From an uncultured Clostridia bacterium (GTDB lineage Bacteria > Bacillota > Clostridia > Christensenellales > UBA1242): a DNA stretch of 64,000 nucleotides. The notes beneath the pieces were generated by a model that was not told the origin of the DNA, ran no database searches, and saw nothing but the letters and a program-made list of their open reading frames with translations. A program made the position numbers and the translations under genes. This document shows, piece after piece, positions 1 through 7,348 of the stretch. The DNA is taken from NCBI GenBank assembly GCA_944350115.1, contig CALVNZ010000001.1, positions 24,483 through 88,482 of the forward strand. Direction: 5' to 3'. Each line of letters starts with the position of its first letter. Within the stretch, counting starts at the first letter, position 1.

Positions 1-1403
1 AAATAGAAATAACCAGCATGTTCATCATTCATGCCAACATTAGCAACTGTTGTTAAAGTCTCTTCACCTTTTTTTATTTCAAAGTCAATCAAATCAACAA
101 CTGAAACTGAATCATTATAACCCAAACCACTTACTGATAAAGAGAAACAATGGTCAAATTCGCCTTTATTTTCTTGATACTCACCATAGACAAAATTTTC
201 TGTTCCTAAATTTGCAGTTATTTTTACAGGAGTGATAAAAATACCAACTTTAACAAAAATGTTACTCCAATCAAAACCTTGAGCTGGAAAAGAATCATTA
301 TTTGTTGTCCAAGTCACATAATTTGCCGGTGCAAATAAAACCCTGAAAGCATCCCCATTATGCTCAAAATAATTAATCTTTTCTGGTGTTCCCTCTTCCC
401 AAGTATCAGTTGGCCCAAAATCATCAAATTTATATTCATTACCATGCTTATCTTGAATCTTAATAGGCGCAGTATCAATCATATTGAAACGATTTAATTC
501 AAGAGCAATGCCTTGTTGCACTTCTTCAAGAGTTTGATAATCAAATTCATAATTTCGGCAAATATTATCTTTTGTTTCTTCCGTAATAGACAACACTGTT
601 TTTTCAACTGTTATTTTATGCCCTTGTGTTGTAAACATAGATTTGTAATTTTGTGTGTCAACAACTTTTGCAACAAAAATATATTCGCCAGGTAAAAGTT
701 TGCTTTCGCCAAACCAACTCTCTGCGATTTTTTCCAAACCTTCTTGAACTTCTTGTGTGTCTGGCAAAGTATAACCAGCGGAAGTGATATTTAACTGTTG
801 TTTTAAAGCGTTCCAGTTTTCTTCAGTAATTGTGTATAAGTAAACGTTGGTAGAATTATCTATTGCAATTTCATTCCCTTGCGCATCCAAAGTAATTGCC
901 TGTGAAACTAATTCTTCTGTTGTTGGTTGAGAAACATAATCCCATCCGCTTGTTTGTAAGCTCAAAGAATATTGCCCACCATAAGTTGCTTGTATTACAT
1001 TAAAATACCAAGAACTTGCAACTTTGTCAAATTGATGCTCAATTGTGTAAGTCCCAGCTTTATATTCTGTTGAATTTGGCAAAGATTGTAATGTTTCTGG
1101 CAAAACAGATTCATCAAAAGATTGCCAAGTGATTTTAATAGTAAATTTTGAATCAAAGAAATCGCAAACTTCTTGTGATCCATCATCATAACTTATTTTA
1201 ACCATAACATCTTTTACTGGGTTAATGTTCATATTAGTGTTGTATTCAAATTCTTGCCCACTATATTGTTCATTTCCATTGACATCTACATAAGAAATGG
1301 CGTAAGCTTGTTTCTCGTCTTTTCCACCACAAGCAGTAAAAAGCATTAAAGACGAAACAAAAAGCCCGAGTACTAATATAAATGATAAAATTTTCTTTTT
1401 CAT
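1..1403 (-). CDS. Lipoprotein, partial (C-terminus beyond window start); absent from the supplied ORF track because no stop codon lies inside the window
   Basis: ATG at 1403-1401 (minus) with AAAGGAG 5 nt upstream. N-terminus MKKKILSFILVLGLFVSSLMLFTAC-GGKDEK is a signal peptide plus lipobox Cys. I hand-checked this frame over 1-540 and at the 5' end and found no stop. The distal part (ITPVKITANLGTENFVYGEY..SVSGLGYNDS..AGYFY) loosely resembles an MBG/YGX-type adhesin domain (weak recall). Confidence 0.7.
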   Translation of the reverse strand, partial: MKKKILSFILVLGLFVSSLMLFTACGGKDEKQAYAISYVDVNGNEQYSGQEFEYNTNMNINPVKDVMVKISYDDGSQEVCDFFDSKFTIKITWQSFDESVLPETLQSLPNSTEYKAGTYTIEHQFDKVASSWYFNVIQATYGGQYSLSLQTSGWDYVSQPTTEELVSQAITLDAQGNEIAIDNSTNVYLYTITEENWNALKQQLNITSAGYTLPDTQEVQEGLEKIAESWFGESKLLPGEYIFVAKVVDTQNYKSMFTTQGHKITVEKTVLSITEETKDNICRNYEFDYQTLEEVQQGIALELNRFNMIDTAPIKIQDKHGNEYKFDDFGPTDTWEEGTPEKINYFEHNGDAFRVLFAPANYVTWTTNNDSFPAQGFDWSNIFVKVGIFITPVKITANLGTENFVYGEYQENKGEFDHCFSLSVSGLGYNDSVSVVDLIDFEIKKGEETLTTVANVGMNDEHAGYFY

Positions 1404-1526
1404 AAAAGCTCCTTTTTATATATATGAGTTTAGTATGTAAAAATTTTAAGATATATATAACTCATTTTTAATATAACATAAAAATTTTCAATTTCAAAAT
1501 AAATTTGAAAGCATTCGCATAAAACA

Positions 1527-1554
1527 ATAAAACAAGGCTCATTGCCTTGTTTTA
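1527..1554 (-). terminator. Intrinsic terminator after the 261-aa membrane protein gene
   Basis: Arms aaaacaaggc (1529-1538) and gccttgtttt (1544-1553) with loop tcatt. On the minus strand the hairpin is followed by TTTTATTGTTTT, immediately after the stop at 1555. Confidence 0.75.
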
Positions 1555-2340
1555 TTAAATTTGTTCATTACTTTCTTCTGTTTGATTTTCAGCATCTTGC
1601 ACTTTTTGTGGTTCTTGCTTTAATTTTTTCGTTTTTTCTTTTTTAGGCTTTTCTTCTTTTTTTTCTTCTTGCTTTTCTTCTTTTACAATCTTTGCACCAC
1701 ATTTATAGCAAAAATTGTGCGTGGCATTTGCAATTCGTCCACAACCTTCACAACGATAAAGCACACTTTCACCCTCTTCATCAACTGGGTATTTCTTTTG
1801 CAAAAGAATAACAGAAACAACTGAACCAATTGCAAAAATCAATGTTAAGAATATGCCTGCTGAAAAATTAAATCCTTCATATATAGTTTCATAAGTGTAT
1901 TCATAAGTGTAATAATTTGTAGCAGTAAAAACGATCATAAAAATAAGAAGCAAAACATTTAATCCAAGATATATGTATAGCAAAATTTCACTGATGGTCT
2001 TTGACCTTACTTTCCCAATTTTGCTAGGAAATTTGTAAAAGACGCCAAACTCCTTTAAAATTCCACAAACACCCCAAGCGATCATCAATAAAGCCATAAT
2101 TAAAACAAAAATTTGAAGAAGTGATGTCATAACTCCACCAACACCTAAACTCCATAAATCCATAGCTCTATATCCGCTTAAATTTAAAGAAAAATCATTA
2201 GGCCCTGATGAAACAATAGAATCATTATCAATATAACCATAAACATAAGATAAGTATGGTATTGCCAGCAAAATTAAAGTTAATAATCCCAAACCTGCAC
2301 AGAATATGTAACCAAGGCTTTTCAAAATCTTTTCTTTCAT
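1555..2340 (-). CDS. Polytopic membrane protein with C-terminal zinc-ribbon (CxxC..CxxC) and K/E-rich tail
   Basis: 261-aa ORF with several hydrophobic helices, YRCEGCGRIANATHNFCYKCGAKI, then a KEEKQEEKKEEKPKKEK tail. A G8 Shine-Dalgarno-like tract lies 3 nt upstream of the ATG. Confidence 0.75.
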   Translation of the reverse strand: MKEKILKSLGYIFCAGLGLLTLILLAIPYLSYVYGYIDNDSIVSSGPNDFSLNLSGYRAMDLWSLGVGGVMTSLLQIFVLIMALLMIAWGVCGILKEFGVFYKFPSKIGKVRSKTISEILLYIYLGLNVLLLIFMIVFTATNYYTYEYTYETIYEGFNFSAGIFLTLIFAIGSVVSVILLQKKYPVDEEGESVLYRCEGCGRIANATHNFCYKCGAKIVKEEKQEEKKEEKPKKEKTKKLKQEPQKVQDAENQTEESNEQI

Positions 2341-2343
2341 AGT

Positions 2344-2351
2344 CCCCCCCC
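2344..2351 (-). repeat. Homopolymeric G8 (C8 on plus strand) in the ribosome-binding region of the 1555-2340 gene
   Basis: Plus strand reads agt-cccccccc-taaaac. Minus strand reads TTTTAGGGGGGGGACT-ATG. Confidence 0.9.
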
Positions 2352-2470
2352 TAAAACTTAATTTTTAATAATTGATGAAAATTGTTATTGTTTATAATTA
2401 TGAAAATAAAACATTTTTTGTTAGTTGTTTTTTTTCTTAAAATTATTATAGCATAAATATTTAAAAGAAA

Positions 2471-2501
2471 AAATAAAAAAGCGCAAAATTTTTGCGTTTT
2501 T
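2471..2501 (-). terminator. Intrinsic terminator after the LURP-one-related gene
   Basis: cgcaaa (2482-2487) pairs with tttgcg (2491-2496). A/T runs flank both sides, and the minus strand reads CGCAAAaatTTTGCGC followed by a T-run. Confidence 0.6.
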
Positions 2502-2984
2502 TTATTTTCTCTTCTTGTCAACAATGTTGTCTATTGCAATAACAAGAGCAATCAAAAATGGTATGTCTTCTTCTTTTGCTTCTAATTCAAAACTATCTAA
2601 TATGGTAAATGCTTGTCTTCTTATTGTGCCAATTACTTCACCATTTCTGATAATGCTTGATGTAAATGACAAAAAGCTTCCTTCAATTTTAATTTCATCT
2701 TGATAGCCTGTCACAAAAAACTCAGGTTTAAAACTAAAGAATTTATCTTTAACTCTTGCAATTTTATTTTTATTTGCATCATAAACATATGCGCTGTGAA
2801 CAAACCAGTTAAACCATTTGTTTCTAACTGTGTATAAAACATTGCCTTGCATATCACAAACGCGTTTTTTCCTTGTTGGACTGAAAACCTTTCCTTTCAC
2901 TTTGTAAATTTCATTTTTGTTTTCATCGAGAACAGCTGAACCACCACCCCAAGAAATAATTTTGTTTTTGATATAAACTTTCAT
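2502..2984 (-). CDS. LURP-one-related / YxjI-like (tubby C-terminal-like fold, DUF567) protein
   Basis: 160 aa. The pattern resembles Bacillus YxjI: short N-terminus, repeated beta-strand motifs (KFFSFKPEFFVTG..IEGSFLSFTSSIIRNGEVIGTIRRQ) and C-terminal helix IALVIAIDNI. Confidence 0.65.
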   Translation of the reverse strand: MKVYIKNKIISWGGGSAVLDENKNEIYKVKGKVFSPTRKKRVCDMQGNVLYTVRNKWFNWFVHSAYVYDANKNKIARVKDKFFSFKPEFFVTGYQDEIKIEGSFLSFTSSIIRNGEVIGTIRRQAFTILDSFELEAKEEDIPFLIALVIAIDNIVDKKRK

Positions 2985-3000
2985 TTTTTTCTCCTTTTTA

Positions 3001-3501
3001 TTATTTTGTTGCCAAAAGTGTTATAGCTGTGATGATCAAAGCCACCCACACACACACTTGTGTAACAATCAAAATTATCCATCTTTTTTTAACTTTTTTG
3101 TCAACATAATAAATGTTTTTTATTTCTTCAACTTCATTTTCAGTTTTTATTTCAACTGCTTGTCCTTGATCAACCATATTCTTAAAAATGATATTAACAT
3201 CGGTTTTTTCTTTTAATTTGATAATGTGTTGACTATCAATCACAATGCATTTTCTATCATAAAAAGGATTTAAAATTCCAAATATGCTAATTATAAAAAA
3301 GAGTATAGCAAACAAAAACCAAAATTTTCCACTAAGTTCCAAATATTTGCAAATTGATAGTTCAATTGTGTCTTTATCTGTTGTGTAAGTCGCCTGCAAA
3401 GAACCAAATTGATTTTTTTTGACTTTCAATTGCTTTCCATCTACAAAAATAATTGGATTTAATTTTATTCCGCCAGTAACTTTTATGTTCACTTCATTCA
3501 T
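3001..3501 (-). CDS. Hypothetical membrane protein (2 predicted TM helices)
   Basis: 166-aa ORF. Its start overlaps the upstream gene's stop by 4 nt (ATGA). Hydrophobic segments are FWFLFAILFFIISIFGIL and WIILIVTQVCVWVALIITAITLL. Confidence 0.6.
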   Translation of the reverse strand: MNEVNIKVTGGIKLNPIIFVDGKQLKVKKNQFGSLQATYTTDKDTIELSICKYLELSGKFWFLFAILFFIISIFGILNPFYDRKCIVIDSQHIIKLKEKTDVNIIFKNMVDQGQAVEIKTENEVEEIKNIYYVDKKVKKRWIILIVTQVCVWVALIITAITLLATK

Positions 3502-3977
3502 GCAGCACCTCCGGATTGAACTAAACTGACAATGACAATCACCACGGAAAGCACAAGAATTATTGAAGCAATAGTAATTCTGGCGACATGTTTCTCATTC
3601 TTATCTAATGCTAAAAAAACAATTGACGCAATTGCGCCTATTATGCCGATAGCTATTAGATATGGGAAAGCTTGCAACAAAAATGATGAAATTTTTGCAA
3701 AAAAGTCTCCACTCGAAAGAAGCGCATCAAAATAATTTGGAAAATAAACAAAAACTGTTCCCAAACTCAAAATTATAAAAATAAGGCCAAATATAAAAAT
3801 TACCCCTGTTGCCAAAGCCGTCGCTAGTGTTGCCCCACATAAAATTAAACAAACGATTGACAAATTAAATAATATTTTACCTAACCGCACAGAATACATC
3901 ATCGCCAAATTTTTTGTCAATGTTGATTTGTAAATTTTCTTATCTTCTTTTTTTTCTTGAACTATTTTTTCTTCCAT
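3498..3977 (-). CDS. Hypothetical polytopic membrane protein
   Basis: 159-aa ORF with about 4 hydrophobic helices, translationally coupled to 3001-3501. Confidence 0.6.
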   Translation of the reverse strand: MEEKIVQEKKEDKKIYKSTLTKNLAMMYSVRLGKILFNLSIVCLILCGATLATALATGVIFIFGLIFIILSLGTVFVYFPNYFDALLSSGDFFAKISSFLLQAFPYLIAIGIIGAIASIVFLALDKNEKHVARITIASIILVLSVVIVIVSLVQSGGAA

Positions 3978-4162
3978 TTTTTGATCTTTAAATAAAATTT
4001 TAATAACTATTTAAACTATTTTATTTGCCCTAAATTAAAGACTAAAAAATAATTATTACATTTTCAGCGTAGCATAATTATAACAAAATGTCAAATAATT
4101 ATAATGTATATTTGAAAAATTTAAATTAAATAATTTTTAAATTGTCAAAATTTGACAAATTT

Positions 4163-5782
4163 TTAAAACAAACCGCTTATTTTTTGATTAGCGTCAATTG
4201 TCATTCCTTCTGCTGCTGGCTTTTTAGGTAACCCCGGCATTAATAATATATTACCGCAAACAGCAACAATAAAACCTGCGCCATTTCTTATTTCAAAATC
4301 TTTGACTTCTAAATAAAAGTTTTTTGGCGCGCCCAACAATTTTTCATTACTCGACAAAGAGTATTGCGTTTTCGCAACGATAACAGGCAATCCGTCAAAC
4401 CCCATGTTTTTAATTTCTTGTAATTTATTTTTTGCTTCGTTAGAAAAAATCACACCTTTGCCACCATAAACATTTTTTACAATTAAATTTAATTTTTTCT
4501 CGACTGGCAAATTTAAATCATAAGCATATTTAAAAGAATTTTTCTTATCGCATAATTCAATAACTTTTTTAGCAAGCTCAATTCCACCTTTACTACCTTT
4601 TGCCCAGACTTCATTTTGAATGAGATTTTCTTTAAACAATTTCTTTAAAACCGAAATCTCTTTTTCTGTGTCAGTCGTAAAAGTGTTTAAAGTAATAATA
4701 AACGGAAGTTTAAATGTTTTTGAAATTGCGTTTATATGTTGCTTTAAATTTTCACATCCTTTTTTAAGTGCTTCTAGATTTTCTTTTAACAAATCTGCAT
4801 ACTCAACCCCTCCATGCAGTTTTAAAGCTTTTATTGTTGCCACAATAACCACACAATTTGGTTTTAACCCAGCTTCTCTGCATTTAAAATCTAAAAACTT
4901 TTCTGCTCCTAAATCCGCACCAAAGCCCGCTTCTGTTACGACATAATCAGCAAGACTTAAAGCCGTCAATGTCGCACGCACGCTGTTGCAACCATGCGCG
5001 ATGTTTGCAAATGGTCCGCCATGAATAATTGCAGGATTTCCTTCAAGTGTTTGCACCAAATTTGGCTTTAAAGCTTTGTAAAGCAAAATTGCCATGCTTT
5101 CTTGTGCATTTAAATCACGAGCAAAAACCGGTCGCCCTTCAAAATTTAAACCAACAATAATTTTTCCTAATCTTATTTTTAAATCTTCCAAATCTTTTGT
5201 CATGCAAAATATAGCCATGATTTCGCTTGCTGCGGTTATAGTGAATTTTTCTTTTCTGTTTGGCAAACCAACTTCCCTTAACGCACGGTCGTTCATATCT
5301 AAACATCTATGAAAAAACACTTTGTCTGGATTTATGCCCAACTTGTTCCCTTGAAAAATATGATTGTCAATCATGGCGCATAAAAGATTATTGGCAGAAG
5401 TGATTGCGTGAAAATCACCATTAAAATGCAAATTTATTTCTTCCATAGGCAAAACTTGACTGTATCCTCCGCCAGTCGCTCCACCTTTTATTCCAAACAC
5501 GGGCCCTAATGAAGGTTCTCTTAATGCCAAACAGGTTTTCTTGCCCAAAGCATTCATAGCGTCAGCAAGCCCAATAGAAACCGTAGTTTTTCCTTCACCT
5601 GCTTTTGTTGGATTTATTGATGTCACTAAAACAAGTTTTCCAAACTTGTTTGAAATAGGTTTGTCAATTTTTGCAGAGAATTTACCATACATTTCCAAAT
5701 CGCTTTCTTTAAGTCCAAGTTTTTGTGCAACTTTTGTTATTGGCAACATTTTTTTTGAATTTGCAATTTCTATATCTGTCAT
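4163..5782 (-). CDS. fhs: Formate--tetrahydrofolate ligase
   Basis: MTDIEIANSKKMLPI..., the P-loop-like PTKAGEGKTTVSIGL, and full-length similarity to Fhs. Start moved from the track's TTG (5797) to the ATG at 5782, which is preceded by GAGGAGGAG. Confidence 0.96.
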   Translation of the reverse strand: MTDIEIANSKKMLPITKVAQKLGLKESDLEMYGKFSAKIDKPISNKFGKLVLVTSINPTKAGEGKTTVSIGLADAMNALGKKTCLALREPSLGPVFGIKGGATGGGYSQVLPMEEINLHFNGDFHAITSANNLLCAMIDNHIFQGNKLGINPDKVFFHRCLDMNDRALREVGLPNRKEKFTITAASEIMAIFCMTKDLEDLKIRLGKIIVGLNFEGRPVFARDLNAQESMAILLYKALKPNLVQTLEGNPAIIHGGPFANIAHGCNSVRATLTALSLADYVVTEAGFGADLGAEKFLDFKCREAGLKPNCVVIVATIKALKLHGGVEYADLLKENLEALKKGCENLKQHINAISKTFKLPFIITLNTFTTDTEKEISVLKKLFKENLIQNEVWAKGSKGGIELAKKVIELCDKKNSFKYAYDLNLPVEKKLNLIVKNVYGGKGVIFSNEAKNKLQEIKNMGFDGLPVIVAKTQYSLSSNEKLLGAPKNFYLEVKDFEIRNGAGFIVAVCGNILLMPGLPKKPAAEGMTIDANQKISGLF

Positions 5783-5783
5783 C

Positions 5784-6674
5784 TCACTCCTCCTCAAACA
5801 TGGAAACTTGTTTTAATCTGTTTTTTTCACGTTTTGCTTTTAATCGATGATTAACAAACCTCTCTCTTTTCTTAATTTTTCTAATTTTTTCTGCTAGCTC
5901 AATTTTATACGCATTTATGCTTCTAGAATTTGAATATAATGCTTTAAGTCTGTCTTCAATTTCAGGAAAAACATCATGAAAAAAACTAAAAAAGTTTTTT
6001 CTTGTTTCACCATAAAGGTTCAACATATCTGTCACAACATAATCGAGTTTTAGTTTTTTGGCTGTTTTAAAAATCTCTTCCAAATTTTTTTCATTATCTG
6101 TTAAAAAAGGAATTATTGGCATTAAATGCACACCTGCCAAAGCATGCGTCGAATCTTTAATTTTTCTTAAAATTTCAAATCTTCGCGCAGATGAGACAAC
6201 ATTTGACTCAATCTTTTTTGCGATTTGTTCATCTAATGTCGTGATGCTGACAGAAACACTCACTGATGTTATTTTTGACAATTCTTCAATCAAATCCACA
6301 TCTCTTTCAATGAGTGGAGATTTTGTTGAAATATAAATGGGATTTTTGTGTTTGATGAAAACTTTTAAACATTCTCTTGTAAGTTCAAGTTGTTTTTCCA
6401 GTGGTTGATAACTGTCACAAACAGTCCCCACGCCGATCAATTGGCCTTTTAATTTTTTATCAGAAAGCTGTCTATCTAGTGCTTGGGCAATTCCGTCTTT
6501 ATAATAAACATTTTGAAAAAAATCTGCGTCTTCTAAAAATTTGTGCGAATAAACAGCATAGCAATATTGACATCTATGCTCACACCCTCTGTAAATGTTT
6601 AAATCATATTTGTAAGGAGTAAAATTGGCACTTGTTTTGTTTAGCGCCATTTTACAACTCAAAGCTTTGTACAT
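5784..6674 (-). CDS. Radical SAM protein, SPL / PA0069 / COG1533 (DNA-photolyase-like) family
   Basis: CEHRCQYCYA is a CxxxCxxC cluster motif in the context LNIYRGCEHRCQYCYA typical of this family. The TGA stop lies 1 nt before the fhs ATG. Confidence 0.8.
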   Translation of the reverse strand: MYKALSCKMALNKTSANFTPYKYDLNIYRGCEHRCQYCYAVYSHKFLEDADFFQNVYYKDGIAQALDRQLSDKKLKGQLIGVGTVCDSYQPLEKQLELTRECLKVFIKHKNPIYISTKSPLIERDVDLIEELSKITSVSVSVSITTLDEQIAKKIESNVVSSARRFEILRKIKDSTHALAGVHLMPIIPFLTDNEKNLEEIFKTAKKLKLDYVVTDMLNLYGETRKNFFSFFHDVFPEIEDRLKALYSNSRSINAYKIELAEKIRKIKKRERFVNHRLKAKREKNRLKQVSMFEEE

Positions 6675-6680
6675 GTGAAA

Positions 6681-6709
6681 ATTATAGCATAATCACAATT
6701 TTTATTTAA
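6681..6709 (-). promoter_or_regulatory. Extended -10 promoter (TGcTATAAT) 6 nt upstream of the radical SAM ATG; predicted leaderless transcript
   Basis: Minus strand reads TTAAAT-17nt-(TGc)TATAAT-tttcac-ATG, with no SD. Confidence 0.5.
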
Positions 6710-6762
6710 ACAATTTGACTAAAAACCAAAATTTGTGTTATTCTTTTTTTAGGAAGGAAAAA

Positions 6763-7302
6763 ATGAAAATTTTAAGCAAAATGGATAGTTTAAACCAAAT
6801 TAAAAAGCTAGGTTTAAACACTGTCCCTGAAATAATAATAGAACCAAACGATGCAAGCAAAGCGACAACCTTTATGGTTAAAAACCCATCATCAAGTTAT
6901 GTTTTAAGAGACTTGAGTAATCCTTTAGGGCAATTTTATTATGCAAAAAGTGAAGAAGTGCTTGACCTAATAAAAACCTATTCATCATCACTCTCTCTTG
7001 CCGTTTCTTTTTCTTCTTACGGAGATTTTGTCTTGATTGGTGACATTTTTGTCAGTGGCGACCGAGTTGAACTTACAGCTTCAACAAACAAAAATGCAAA
7101 CCACAGAAATGCTGACGACATTTCTCTTTACACAAATATGTATGATGACCAACTTTGGTCGATTCCAGGATTTAATGATTTAATAAAATATATTGCAGAC
7201 AAAAATTTGATGGACATCATTGTTGAATTTGTCGTTTTTGATCATAAAGTCGGAACAAAAAAAGAAAAGGTTTTAATCACGGAATTAAGAACCGAATATT
7301 AA
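6763..7302 (+). CDS. Hypothetical protein (180 aa)
   Basis: The ATG at 6763 is preceded by AGGAAGGAAAAA; the track's TTG at 6715 has no SD. No domain recognised; LNQIKKLGLNTVPE faintly recalls PEP-utilising/ATP-grasp N-termini. Confidence 0.6.
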   Translation: MKILSKMDSLNQIKKLGLNTVPEIIIEPNDASKATTFMVKNPSSSYVLRDLSNPLGQFYYAKSEEVLDLIKTYSSSLSLAVSFSSYGDFVLIGDIFVSGDRVELTASTNKNANHRNADDISLYTNMYDDQLWSIPGFNDLIKYIADKNLMDIIVEFVVFDHKVGTKKEKVLITELRTEY

Positions 7303-7310
7303 AAATAATA

Positions 7311-7340
7311 AAAAAACACTCAAAATTGAGTGTTTTTTTT
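7311..7340. terminator. Bidirectional intrinsic terminator between convergent genes
   Basis: acactcaa (7316-7323) pairs with ttgagtgt (7326-7333), flanked by an A-run upstream and a T-run downstream. Confidence 0.8.
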
Positions 7341-7348
7341 GATTTTTA

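Noticed and set aside
50-695. Plus-strand ORFs 50-235 and 513-695 from the track
   Set aside because: They lie antisense to the long open lipoprotein frame (1-1403, minus). They have low-complexity, Leu/Phe/Asn-rich translations and no SD, so they are AT-rich-genome noise.
4142-4158. Perfect 8-1-8 palindrome TTGTCAAA-A-TTTGACAA just downstream of the fhs stop
   Set aside because: It could be a weak AT-only terminator stem or an operator. It contains overlapping TTGACA-like hexamers and is within chance expectation for AT-rich DNA, with no second copy in the window.
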